From: Centroscyllium fabricii
Taxonomy: Eukaryota
Direction of reading: 5' to 3'
NCBI GenBank assembly: GCA_051313645.2
Contig: JBNRSN020000029.1
Location: 40,796,001-40,860,000, forward strand
DNA: 64,000 nt
Shown here: one piece after another, positions 50,503 through 62,964 of the stretch
Position numbering within the stretch: the stretch's first letter is position 1
How the letters are laid out: every line of letters starts with the position of its first letter
Position numbers and translations under genes: made by a program
The notes under the pieces: generated by a model
Seen by the model: only the letters and a program-made list of their open reading frames with translations
Databases searched by the model: none
What the model was told of the DNA's origin: nothing

Positions 50503-52003
50503 GGGCCGTATTTTCCAGTCGGAGGCTTCCCGCGTGCAGTGGCCTCCGATGTGGAAAAATCTACGCACTTACCTGCGAGGTCCCGAGGTGCATATAGTTC
50601 GAATCCTAGGTCTCTCCAATTCCAAATGCACAGCGTCCACGTATCCCAGAGGAGCTTGGGGTTCACAAGCGTCCCGGGGATCACGTGGGCCATGGGGAGC
50701 CAATCAAAGAAGGGTAACTGTCAAATATACGAATGGAGGTCACCCCAAAGACACTTTGAAAAGCTTTGACACGTTAAATACATATTTTAAAAGTTACATT
50801 TTTTAAATTAGTTGAAATTATAATACATTTAATATTTTAAACAAAACTACTTTTTTGAAAATATAACTAAAGCTGTTTACGGGGCTAAAAATAAACAATT
50901 TAAAAAAAGTATTTTTAAAAGAGAAATGAGAGAAATTAAAAAAATACTTTTTTCAGATCTTATGCCAGTCTTAACATTTCTAAGGCCTCTCTGCAGGCAC
51001 AGGTTCCCCAGAAAGTGCAACGATCCGCCCCCACTCGCCTTTCTACCGGGCAGGCTATCGATCTCACAAGAGCATTCTTGACAGATCGGAAATGGCGGAT
51101 TTCAGAGAATGCTCTCTGCATGGCTGAAACCTGGCATTTTCGATGTCCCAATGGGTATCTGCACAACGCGTACATGCCCGTAGGCAACGGAATATCCAGC
51201 CCATTACATTTTGTTACCGCTGCATGCTTTGTGAAATGCTAACTCAGGCCATATTGACCCAGAAATTCGTATCGGTGGCTTCCCACGGGCGAAAGCCTCC
51301 GACCTGCACCTACCTAGCGCAGCGGCCGTTGATCTGTGGGCCCGTGGGGGATTGCAATCCTGGGCCTCCTCCAACTGTGGCGCGCAGTGCTTGCATAACC
51401 CAGGGGTACAGTTAGTTCAACGCGTCCACTGGGATCATGTGGACCACGGAGAGCCAATGGTAACAGGGAAAGCTTCATTCATAAGTTTGAGAGGAAGAGC
51501 TGTCAAACCTATAATTAATATAAGCCCCAAAACATAACTAAAACTTCAAATATATTTTAAAAAATCACATTTTAAAAATACATATAAATTATATGAAATA
51601 ACTATTTAAACAACAATTTAATATTTTGAAAAAATTAATTGCATTTTCTAACAGGGTGACACATAAACTCATCTTTCTTTAAAATATTTAAAAATAATAA
51701 ACCTGTGTAAAAATGTTATACTTTTAATTAATTTACCACTTAAAGCTGGCCTTGTGCCTGCTTTTTTCATGTGCAACTCCTGGAGACTTACCCTCCCGAA
51801 GAAACCTGGAAAAAAACGTAAGTTCGATGCACACGTGCAGCCTCTCCCATGCATGCGTTCCACCTCTGGACCCCTTCTTTCAGGGGAATGGAAGGTCTGG
51901 TTTCCTGCGCATGGTCAGTGCATGCACGAAAGCGGCACTTTCGTTGGGCCTACGCGTGAGTACCCTGTGCGTACTCACCCATTGGGATCCGAATTTCTCG
52001 GCC
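50503..52003. mobile_element. Two adjacent GGCCC-family TIR elements (50503-51250 and 51256-52003)
   Basis: Second copy gacccagaaattcg ... cgaatttctcggcc; both carry the E-box/CCAAT module and AT-rich core. Confidence 0.78.
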
Positions 52004-52435
52004 AATAATGATAGAACCTGAGACTTTCGTGGTCATATCGCTAATTGCTTGCTGAGTGACATGCAATTGTTCATGGTATCAGCAACGTTATGTTATATTT
52101 CTGGTTGCCGCTGAGAAGAAAATGTCTATGGAATTAAATAAGGGGGGCTTTAATGCATTCACAATTGTCCTATACTGAAACATAACTCAGAAGTCACCTA
52201 TCATTCATTGCTTTCCTTCCAGTCGATGTAAATATGGAAGCGTGTCTATTTTGCCTCCTAGGGAGTGACAACCCATTTGTTTTGAAAACCGGGTCTTGAG
52301 GCAGAAGAGCAGTAGAAATACATGATTGGTTTTCCACAGGAAGATACGTTCATTCCACAGTTGCGATCCTTCATCATAAAAACATAAGGCATGGAGGATA
52401 AAGCTCAATGGATGTATCAAATTGAATGCTTCCTG

Positions 52436-54975
52436 TCATAGTCATAGAGTTATACTGCAAAGAAAGAGGCACTTCGGCCCACCGCATCCGTGACCGCCAT
52501 CAAGCCCTATCTGTTCTAATCCCATTTTTCAGGCCTTTGCCCGTTGCCTTGTATGTTATGGCGTTTCAAGTGCTCACGTAAATGCTTCTTGAATGTTGTT
52601 GGAGTTCCTGCCTCTACCAACCTTTCAAGCAGTGAGTTCCAGATTCCAACCACCCCCAGCTGAATTGGCCCGAGTCTGTGACGGCTCATTCTAAAACACC
52701 TCCAATTAGTACCACTCCCCTGATCTTTCCCCACAGCCCTTCCTTTTTCTCATTCAAGTATTTATCCAGTTCCCCTTTGAAGGCTAATATTGCTTCATTT
52801 TCCACCAGTCTATGAAGTCTTAACAGCTCGTTGCATAAAAAGGGTTTCCTCGTATCACCTCTGTTTCTTTTAACATAAGAGCATAATAAATGGTAGCAGG
52901 ATTGTGCCATTTGGCCCTTCGAACCTGCTGCGCCATGCAATGAGATCATGGCAGATCGTCAGCCTCAACTCCATTAAACGGCCCTATCACCATATCCCTT
53001 GATGGCCTTAATATCAGAAACCTATCGACTTTCTTTTTTGAATATACCCAATGACTGAGCCTCCACAGCCGTCTGGGGTAGAGAACTGCAAGATTCACCA
53101 CCATCTGTGTGAAGAAATGTCCTCTCATCTCAGTCCTGAATGGCATACCCTTTATATTGAGGCTGTGGCCCCTGGTTCTAGAATCCTCCGCTGAGGGACA
53201 CATTCTCACAGCATCCATCCAAACACGCCCTGTAATAATTTTGTATGCTTCAATGAGATCTCCTCTCCTGAATTAAATAGAATATTGGCCTACTTTATTC
53301 AAAGTCTTCTCATAAGACAGTTCTGCCATCCGAGGAATCAATCTCCTGAACCTTCGTTGCACTCCCTCTATGGCAAGTTTATCCTTCCTTATGTAAGGAG
53401 ACCAATACTGTGCACAGTACTCCAGGTTTGTCTCATCAATGCCCTATATAATTGGAGTAAGACATCTTTAGTCCTGTACTCAAATCCTCCTGTAAAAGAT
53501 GCCAGCATACCACTTCCCTTCCTAATGGCTTTCTGCACCTGCACATTCACTTTCAGTGACTCATGTACAATGACACCGAGGTCCCTTTCATGATCTGCAT
53601 CCCGCAATCTTTCACCATTTAGGAAATACTCTGCTTTTCTGTTTTTACTATCAATGTGGATAACTTCACATTTATCCACATTATAATACATCTGCCATGT
53701 TGTCGCCCAGTCGCTGAGCCAGTCGAGATCCCCTTGAAGCCTCTTCACACCCTCTTCGCAACTGACACTGCCACCTAGCTTTGTATCATCAGCAAATTTG
53801 AAAATGTTACATATAGTCCCCTGATCAAATCATTGATATAGATTGTGAATAGCTGGGGCCCAAGCACCGATCGTTGTGGTACCCCATTAGTCCCAGACTG
53901 CCATCCTGAAAACGAGCCATTTATCCCTGCTATTTGTTTTCTGTCTGTTAACCAATTCTCAATCCGTCCTAGTATATTATCCCCATTTCATGTTCCCTAA
54001 TTGTGTTCAACAACCTCAAGTGTGGAACCTTTTCGAAGGCCTTCTGAAAATCCAGATACACCAAATCTACCGGTTTCCCTTTGTATTCCCCACTACTTAC
54101 ATCCTCAAAGAGCTTCAATAGGTTTGTCAAACAAGATTTCCCTTTCATAAATCTATGTTGACTCTGGCTAATCTTACTATTAGTTGCTAAGTGCACAGTT
54201 ATTTCATCCTTTATAATAGATTCCAGCATTTTCCCAACTACTGACGAGATGCTAGTGGTTCTGTATTTCTGCGTTTTATCTCTCGCTCCTTTCTTAAATA
54301 GCGGAGTTACATTTGCTATCCTCCAGTCTGCAGGAACCGTTCCATAATCTATAGAATTTTGGAAGATGGAAACCAATGCGTCCACTGTTCCAATGGCCAC
54401 CCCTTTCCAAACTCTAGGATGTAGGTCATCTGGTCCTTGTTATTTCTCGACATTTTGTCCCATTAATTTTGCCAGTACTGTTTTTTTGCTAATAATAATT
54501 TCTTTAAGTTCCTCATTCTCGTCACAAACTTGGTTTTCTCGTATTTCTGAGAGTTTTTTGTGTCTTCCTCCGTGAAGGCAGACACAAATAATTTATTTAA
54601 TATCTCTCCTCCATTTCCTGATTCCCCATTATAAATTCTCCAGTCTCTGACTGGAATGGACCTACATTTACCTTCGACAGGTTTTTGCTTTTGACATACC
54701 TATAGAAGCTTTTACAATCTGTTTTTATATTTTTCGCTAGTGTGCGCTCATATTGCATTTTCCCTTTTTTTAATCAATTTCTTGGTCCCCCTTTGCTGAT
54801 TTCTAAAATGACCCAATACTCAGCCTGACCGCGTTTTCTGGCAAATTTAAAAACGTTCTCCTTTGACATAATACTAGTTTTAATTTCTTTTGTTAGCCAT
54901 GGTTCGATCACTTTTGCTTTTGGGTTTTTATGCCCTCGAGGAACATATGTTTGTTACAAATTATGCATAATTTTC
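52436..54975 (-). mobile_element. CR1 fragments (several tails plus a ~2-kb RT region)
   Basis: VPADWRIANVTPLFKKG, YLDFQKAFEKVPH and ORF2 C-terminus. Confidence 0.9.
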
Positions 54976-54984
54976 TTCACTGAT

Positions 54985-55871
54985 AGCCATTGTACAGCCT
55001 GACACAGGAACAACTGGATAATAACGTTTGCCGATGACACCACGGTAATCACCCTGATTAGCAACGAGGATGAGACGGAGTACAGGGATGAGATATTTCA
55101 GCTGATGAGATAGTGTAATGATAACAAACTTGCCCCGAACGTCAGTAAGACTAAAGAACTCATCGTGGCCTTCAGGTGCCATCAAAAGAACCACCGACCA
55201 ATTATTATATGTGGGACACCGGTAGAAATAATCAGTTGCTTCCGATTCTTAGGCCTGCAGATTTCTGACTACCTGACCTGGAAGTACAACACCGAGACAA
55301 TGCTGAAGAAGAAACACCAGCGCCTCTACCCTCTATGGTGCCCAAGGAAATGCAGCATCAGCACACAGTGGCTTATGAACTTTTACCGCGGCACCATAGA
55401 GAGCGTCTTGTCAGGTGGCGTTACTGTGTGCTATGGTAACACCACTGCTCAGGACAGGAAAGCCATTCAGAGGGTCGTGAGCACAGCAGAAAAATCATCG
55501 GGTGTGCACTTCCATCAATCGTGGAGATCTTCCAGACCAGGTGTCGAAACAAGGCATGCTCCATCATCAAGTACCCCAATCACACTGGGCACGATCTGTT
55601 CTCCCTCTTGCGGTCCGGCCGTCGGGACTGGAGCATCCGAACCAGGACTAGCAGGTTTAAAAACAGTTTCTACCCACAGGCAGTGCGCCTACTTAACTGC
55701 TAACCGCACTTGTAACTTATTTATTTATTTGCTTATTATTTTTCTATATTGATACTGTTTTTTTACTTTTTGCTTTTCCTCACTTATACTTATATTGTGG
55801 GAGTGAATGGGGAGTAAGCATTCCATTGCCCCAGTTACAATTGGCAATACAATTATCTTGAATCTTGAATC
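54985..55871 (+). mobile_element. Rex1/Babar-type LINE 3' fragment
   Basis: FADDTTV, NFYRGTIESVL, RTRTSRFKNSFYPQAVRLLN; (tcttgaa)n tail. Confidence 0.85.
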
Positions 55872-55879
55872 ACTGTATG

Positions 55880-57445
55880 TGCACTTCATATCTCTCAATC
55901 TACCTTGGCCAACTTGCCCCTCAGACCCTTGTAGTTTCCTCTGTTGAGTTTTAAGACCTTAGTTTCAGATTGGTCTACATCACTCTCAAACATAATGTGA
56001 AGTTCAATAACATTGTGGTCATTTGTCCCTAAAGACCCCTTTACAACAAGATTATTGATTAGCGCTTTCTCTTTACACAGTCCCAGATCCAGAATAGCCT
56101 GTTCCCTGGTTGGTTCCTCCACATAGTGATCCAGGAAACCATCTCACATGCATTCCAAGAATTCCCCCTCCACACCATTAGTGGTAATTTGATTTTCCCA
56201 GTGAACATATAGATTAAAGTTCCCCATAATTACCGTACTTCTCTTTTTGGGAATTAAATTTCAACTACGCCCTCTTGTTAACGACCCATCATTTTCAGGA
56301 TAAGGGGTTTCCCATTTTTGACAGAGATGAGGAGAAATTAATTCACCCTTTAACACTTCCTTTATAATGCATTCCAGGAATTCGCCGATGACTAATGTCA
56401 GGCTAACTCGCCTGTAGTTCCCTGTTTCTGCTCGAGCTCCTTTCTTGAATGTGGTGTTACATTTGGTACCTTCCAGTCTGCTGGGACCATTTTAGAATAT
56501 AGGGACTTTATGAAGGTCACAACTAATACATCCACTATTTCTGCAGCCACGTCTTTTAGAACCTTAGCATGTAGGCTATTGGGTCCAGGGCAAGCATCAG
56601 CATTTAGTCCCCTTATTTATTCAAGTGATTTATCTCTACTGATATTAATTATTTTAAATTCCTCTCTCTCATTAACTCGCTGCTTTACCAATACTTTTGT
56701 ATGTTGTGTCTTGTACTTGGAATTCAGATACAAAAAATTGGTTACAATATCTGCAATTTCCATATTCCCCGTTATAGTTTCACCTGCCTCAGCCTCCAAG
56801 GAACCAACCAAGGCTCACCTTTGCTGTGCCATTCCATTTTACATAATTGTGGAAGCTTTTCCAACCTGTAGTTATATTTCTTGCTTGTTTACTCTTATAT
56901 TCTACTTTTTCCCAATTTTTATCAATTTATTGTAATGCTTTGTTTGTTTCTAAATCACTGCCATTCCTCAGGCCTACTACTATGTTGAACAACAGTATAA
57001 ACCACCTCTTTTAAATGAATACTATTTTTAACTTCTTTAGTTATCACCTTAGTTGTATCACTTTTCCCATGGAGTTCGTATTTCGCAGTGGACTATATTT
57101 TCGTTGAGAATTTTGGAAAGGTCTTTAGATGTGTGCCACTGCATATCTATCATCATACCTTTTAATAGAATTTCCCAGTATACTTTATCTAACTCGCCTG
57201 TCGTACCTATGCAATTGGCATTACTTACGTATAAGAAAGTTGTGCCTGATTGAAGTATTTCACCCTCAAACTCAACGTGAAATTCTATCATATTATGACC
57301 ACTCTTCCTCAGAGGATCCTTGTTATGAAATTACTAATTAACCCTATCTCATTGCACAATATAAGATCTAAAACAGCCAGTTACCTGAATGGTTCCATGA
57401 CTTTTTTTGCAGGAAACGGTCTCGAATGCATTCAATGAACTCGAA
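55880..57445 (-). mobile_element. Rearranged old CR1 endonuclease/linker fragments
   Basis: EPTREQAILDL, DHNVIE; a second endonuclease fragment near 57300. Confidence 0.8.
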
Positions 57446-57769
57446 CTCCTGAGGTGAACACTAATGTCCAGCTTTATGAACCTCGACATTTTAGAAGCGA
57501 TATTAGCCGATAAAGACTTCACACGTGTCTTTCTACTGCAGATGTATTAGGACCTGACCCTGAAAATTGTGATCCTATTCCAAACAAGTGCATATCATTT
57601 TTGTTGTGCTGGAACTCAACAATGCAGAAGGTGCAGAAGAAACAGACATTATTACTCAAAATACACAACAGGATGTTTTGGTAAACCCATAGGTTCTCAT
57701 GAAGACAAATAAGAGGAAACAATACATTCTGCAAACGCACCCATTTAATTATGTACCATGGACTCTGAG

Positions 57770-58150
57770 GTAATTACCATGCAATGTAAATTGATAACTA
57801 TGAAGTGATAAGTTTGTTGTCATTGAATGATAGATGCTTACCATATGAATTTAAGTTGGTGATCATTGAGTGTAAGATGTTTATCATGGTATGGAACGAT
57901 GATTCCCGCTAGTTAAAGACTGTTACCATGGAATGGTAATATGGCTAACATTGAAAATAAAGTGATTATCATGGCATGCTAAAATGTTTACCATTGAGTG
58001 TAAGATATGATTATCATGATCTGGAAAGATAGTTACCATTGCATGTTAGTTAGTCATCATAATATTGGAAGAGGGTTATCAGGAGATGTTCACCATTCAG
58101 TGTAAGATGATTATCATAAAATAGTAATGTGGTTGTCATTGAATGACCGA
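57770..58150. repeat. Degenerate minisatellite
   Basis: Recurrent gttaccat/ttatcat words at about 20-23 bp spacing; gtgtaagat three times. Confidence 0.6.
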
Positions 58151-59486
58151 TGGCTTTTATGAGATGGCAAAACTCAGGTTGTATCCATACCACACCACAT
58201 AGCATGTTCGTATTTCGATCAGTGACACCATAAAATGTTACAAATGTGGGCCCATGGAAGAAGGTACAATGAAAACAGGAGTCAACCGGATTGTATTCCG
58301 ATGATTGGCAGAGGCAGGGATAAGAACGGTTTCAGAAAAATTATGGATGAATACCTTTAACAAGTTGCTCAGCCATAATATTGTATAAATATCGAAACCA
58401 TGGCCTGGTATACAGATAGCAAAGTCGAGGATGAATGTCAGAGAAGTTTTCTTATTTATGCGCGGGCACCACCACAAGCTTCACTTTCATATCCGTTTCA
58501 TGCAACCAAATATTCATGCAACAGAGGACGCATTTGCAGGCGGCATAATCAGTTTTTATTGAGATAAGCACAGAGCAATTTATCAACTAAATGCACTCGT
58601 TTCATGCACGGTACACAACCTCGGATTAAGCACATGTACCATTTTGTTATATAGGCTGCTTATTGTTCTATTTGCTATCAAAGAGCGAGAAGAAGACTCG
58701 TGCTTGAATCTCTGATACGATCACACTCAGTGAACAGTTGGTGCGCAACAGCTACAGCGACGGAGTGAAATAAAGAGAGCTGGAGGTGCACAACTCTTAT
58801 TTTTACTAATTCTCAGTCATGAAAGATCTCAACATTTATTTTGTTCAATTTCAGGATTTGATTACTCCAATCGTGGATGGATCTGCCATTCTTTCCAAGA
58901 ATAATCAGAAGGCCATGAAGCTACAATTTGTAAATACTACTATATGAACACTAATGGGACAATTTCGTAATCCCAGTGAGAAACTATGGTCGCAGGCAGC
59001 GGGTTTGTAGATGTCGCCGTCTGCTTTAAACTAACTCGTCGGTGGTAAACCCACCGGGTGGGAAACCCACCCGAAACCCACCCGAAACCCACCCAAACGG
59101 GCGAAGCGCTGGATTTGCCTCCTGCCATAGAAATATCCCTTGGACCTCTTGATGAGTTTCTCCGTTTCTGGCACGGATATATTTTGCCAGTTATAATACC
59201 CTTTTAAATTTGGTGATCTTCATTTGATTCACGAATGTAGCACCCATGTTTTTGTTACGAAACCCAGCTTCCTTATCCTGATGGGCGCAATGACAGACCC
59301 ACAAAAGTAAAAGCCGCCAGCATCGGGATTTCACCTTTCACTGACTTTCAAAACCAAGGAAGCACCAAAGCTGAAGCAGTCTTTTGTAAACTGTCCATCT
59401 CATCTGGCTGATAATGGCTAATTAAATCCAATCCATGCAAGGAAACTGGTGACCGTCCTCATCTATATGGCCCTGTATACACTTGC

Positions 59487-60029
59487 TTACTGAATTAACT
59501 TTGGAGGTATTAGGTTAGGGTGATTGTTGGAATTCTTTTGATTCAGAATTACAAAGCATGCAGAAAGGATAAGTCTTGCATTGAATTTCCCTTCAGTCGA
59601 GTGGAGTACGGAATCGTCTTCGGGATTGGAAAAGTTCACTGCCCCTTCATGAAAGTCGAGGTACGTTCCGATTTTCAGCAAGCCGGTAGTATTGATCGTA
59701 TTGATAAGCTCTCCTCAATTCATTTTGTTTCCCTACATTCCACAGCATTGAAGTCCATAATCCTCTGCTAAGCAAAGACCTTAGCCACTTCTTCGATCTG
59801 TACGAACCTGCAGATGTACCCATATACCAGACAGAGCCGCTCTCCACTAGCAACTGATAATAATGCTTTCTGGAGGTGAACCCTTCATGGCCAGATACAT
59901 ATAACGTGGCGAGATGCATCTTCTGAGTGCTGATGGGCTAGCCGATGTCATTGCCCCATGTGCTACTGATCTGCTGTGCATTCACCACGAATCTAGAATC
60001 CGACTGAGACTCGTTGAGTGTAACAGCAG
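59487..60029 (-). pseudogene. B30.2 (PRY-SPRY) exon of a butyrophilin/TRIM-like gene, disrupted
   Basis: Phase-1 acceptor ttctccag; AVTLNE...VSGHEGFTSRKHYYQLLV...WYMG...GLWT...LKIGTYLDFHEGAVNFSNPEDDSVLH matches the PRY-SPRY pattern (LG.EGFTSGRHYWEV, IGVYLDY..G.VSFYN); TAG at 59938-59940; frameshift near 59715. Confidence 0.85.
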
Positions 60030-60174
60030 CTGGAGAAATGGAAAAGGATCAATCAAAATTAGCTGGCACCACAATTTACCTTCTCTGTCCATCCGTCTTG
60101 ATTTCTGACTCTGCCCATCTCTGTCTCTCACCCCACTCCTGACTCTTAATCATTCTCTCGCTTTGCCAGTTTAC

Positions 60175-60216
60175 CATGGGTTATTTCTGTTTCTTCTTCG
60201 CTGGTGACAAATTTAA
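60175..60216 (-). CDS. 42-nt phase 1-1 exon before the B30.2 exon, (x)KFVTSEEETEITH
   Basis: ttactgcccttag|...CCCATG|gtaaac; in frame with the 60029 acceptor. Confidence 0.55.
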
Positions 60217-60627
60217 CTAAGGGCAGTAATGTATAGTGGGGAGTATCCAATTGGTTTTCCAATATGCACCCCGCCCCGATTTCTCGTCTAATCAAAAGGA
60301 AAATCAGGCGTGGTGTATTATGTGTGCCTAACTGAATATCACCCACTTTAGACCATAGACCAAAGTTAAAACATCTGCTGTCCCTGTCTCTTTATCTATT
60401 TCTTTTTTCCTCTCTCAATTTCTCTCAGCATATGTTGCTCTCTTTACATGTCTTTCTCTCCCTTTAACACTTTTTATCTCAGCCTCTCTTTTGTAACACT
60501 TGTCCTGTCAGTTCCGAAAACTGAGTTAATGATAATGGGGTGATATTGGACAATTGCATTAATGGAAAACGTGCGGTATCGCAACTGCTGCTTGTTAACC
60601 ACACTGCCCGATATTCTTTTGCTTTGA

Positions 60628-61757
60628 TTTAGATTCACGTCCACTTCCCTGCCCGTTCCCCGTAACCCAATATTCCCTTATCAGCCAGGAAGCTGTCAAT
60701 TTCCGATTTAAATTAATTTAATGTCCCAGCTTCCACAGTTCCCTGAGGCAGCAAATTATACAGACTCACCACCCTCAGAGTGAAGAAATTCCTCCTCATC
60801 TCAGTTTTGAAAGGGAAGCCCTTTATTCTCAGATTATGCCCCCTAGTTCTAGTGTCACCCATCAGTGGAAACATCCTCACCGCATCCACCCGATCAAGCC
60901 CCCTCACAAGCTTATATGTTTCGAGGAGTAGAGGCCCAACCTACTCAACCTTTCCTCATAAGTCAACCCCCACATCTCTGGAATCAACCGAGTGAACCTT
61001 CTCTGAACTGCCTCGAGAGCAAGTATATCTTTTCTCAAATATTGTAGCGAAAACTTTACGCAGTTCCAGATGTGGCCTCACCAATACCCTGTATAACTGC
61101 AGCAAGGCTTCCCTGCTTTTATACTCCACCCCTTGCAAGAAAAGCCAAGATTCTACTGGCCTTCCTGATCACCTGCTGTACCTGTATACTAACCTTCTGT
61201 GTTTCATGCACCATGAACCCCAGATCCATTTGTACTGTAGCACGTTGACGTTTCTCTCCATTCAGATAATAACTTGCTCTTTGATTCTTTCTGCCAAAGT
61301 GCATAATCTCACACTTTCCAACATTATATTCCATCTGCCAAATTGTTGCCCACTCACTTAGCCTGTCTATGTCCCTTTGCAGGTTTTTAATGCCCTCCTC
61401 ACTCATCACTCTCCCTCCCACCTTAGTATCGTCGGAAAACCTGGATACATCACACTCGGTCCCTTCCTCCAGATTGTTAATATAGATTGTAAAAAGTTGG
61501 AGTCCCAGCACTGACCCCCGCGGAATAGCACTAGTCACTGATTGCAAATCTGAGAATGAACCATTTATCCGAACTCTCTGTTTTCTGTTAGATAGCCAAT
61601 CTTCCACCCATGCAAGTGTACTACCACCAATCCCGTGATGTTTTATCTTGTGCAGTAATCGTTTGTGTGGCACCTTGACAAATGTCTTTTGGAAGTCCAA
61701 ATACACTACATCCACTGGTTCCCCTTCATCCACCCTGTTTGTTACGTCCTCAAAGAC
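60628..61757 (-). mobile_element. CR1 RT fragment lacking the terminal tail
   Basis: VDVVYLDFQK, FSDDTKVGG, RRNFFTLRVV. Confidence 0.92.
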
Positions 61758-62891
61758 TCACGATGTTATGTGCTAATCAGTGAACGTCAGTAAGTAGTCG
61801 GTTAAACATATATTTTGCGCTGAAACCTTTTATAGATTGATGAAGATATTATCTCGGTGAATAGTAAATGATTGCATGGAATCTCTTCCTGCTTACTAAG
61901 TGGGTAAGAAACGCATCTTTGCATGTGATGCCAAATGGATGGTACCGCATCGCAGCCTATTTATTATATGCGCTGGTTCAGATCGACTGAAGGCACTGCA
62001 ACTGAATATGGGCGGGGAGTATAATAGGCCGGCAGTTTCGCATTACAGTCCAACGAATTCCTACCCCATCGGTGTGTCTTAGTTTATTGCAAATTCCAGC
62101 ACATGTGTTTTATAAACTTTTCAATTTGAAATTTAAAAAATCCTTTTAGAAATTGATTGCTGGCAAACCTGTATCTGTACAGATTCTGCATTGACTTTAC
62201 CTCACATTATAAATTTTCCTAATCATACATTGTTTGAAACAGGTAATCGCAGACAATTTGTCAAACAACACAAAGCAGCTTGACAAGATGCACTAATTTA
62301 TTTTTACCTAACTTTTATCATCTAATAGCTATTGCTGAAAAAAAAAAGCAAGGGATTGAAATTCCTCTTTTGCAATGGAAAACTATATAATATTTAAATT
62401 ACTTATTTTGTGTTTACTTGTTAAGTTTACTCAGTTTATGTGCAATGATTGGGAGGTGCAACATTTCTGCGACGATTTCCACATGACGATTTCGTGATGT
62501 GGAGGTAAATCTTGTTCAGTAGTCAAATACGTTTGGTACAATACCGGCCACGTCTTATACAGCACAGCTGATATTGAGATATATTGAAGTCAATACAACT
62601 GAATATTCGGTGGACGTACGAGGCCGCCCCCCTCCATACGAGCTGTAGGGCTATTTATTTATTCCAAGGAAGCAATAAAAATGTTCATGTCTCTGTCTGT
62701 AGAGAAATTAATTCGTGGCGTCTTTCCATTTGTTTTGGTAGTGATTTAGATCTTTATACCATTTGCAGTGGTGCGACTTTTGACACATCGGGAGGAATGG
62801 TAGGGAACGCTGGTTGTTATGGTGAGTAGTCTGCATAAAATACAGAACAAAATCAAACCATTTCTGACTGGTTATTCCAATTGGATGCAAA

Positions 62892-62964
62892 GATGGATGG
62901 ATGGATGGATGGATTGATGGATGGATTAATGGATCGATTGATGGTTGGATGGATGGATGGATGG
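62892..62964. repeat. (GGAT)n microsatellite
   Basis: Direct. Confidence 0.95.

Noticed and set aside
59060-59096. 11-bp tandem gaaacccaccc x3 as a CRISPR-like or regulatory array
   Set aside because: No spacers; a slippage repeat inside a short MITE in eukaryotic DNA.
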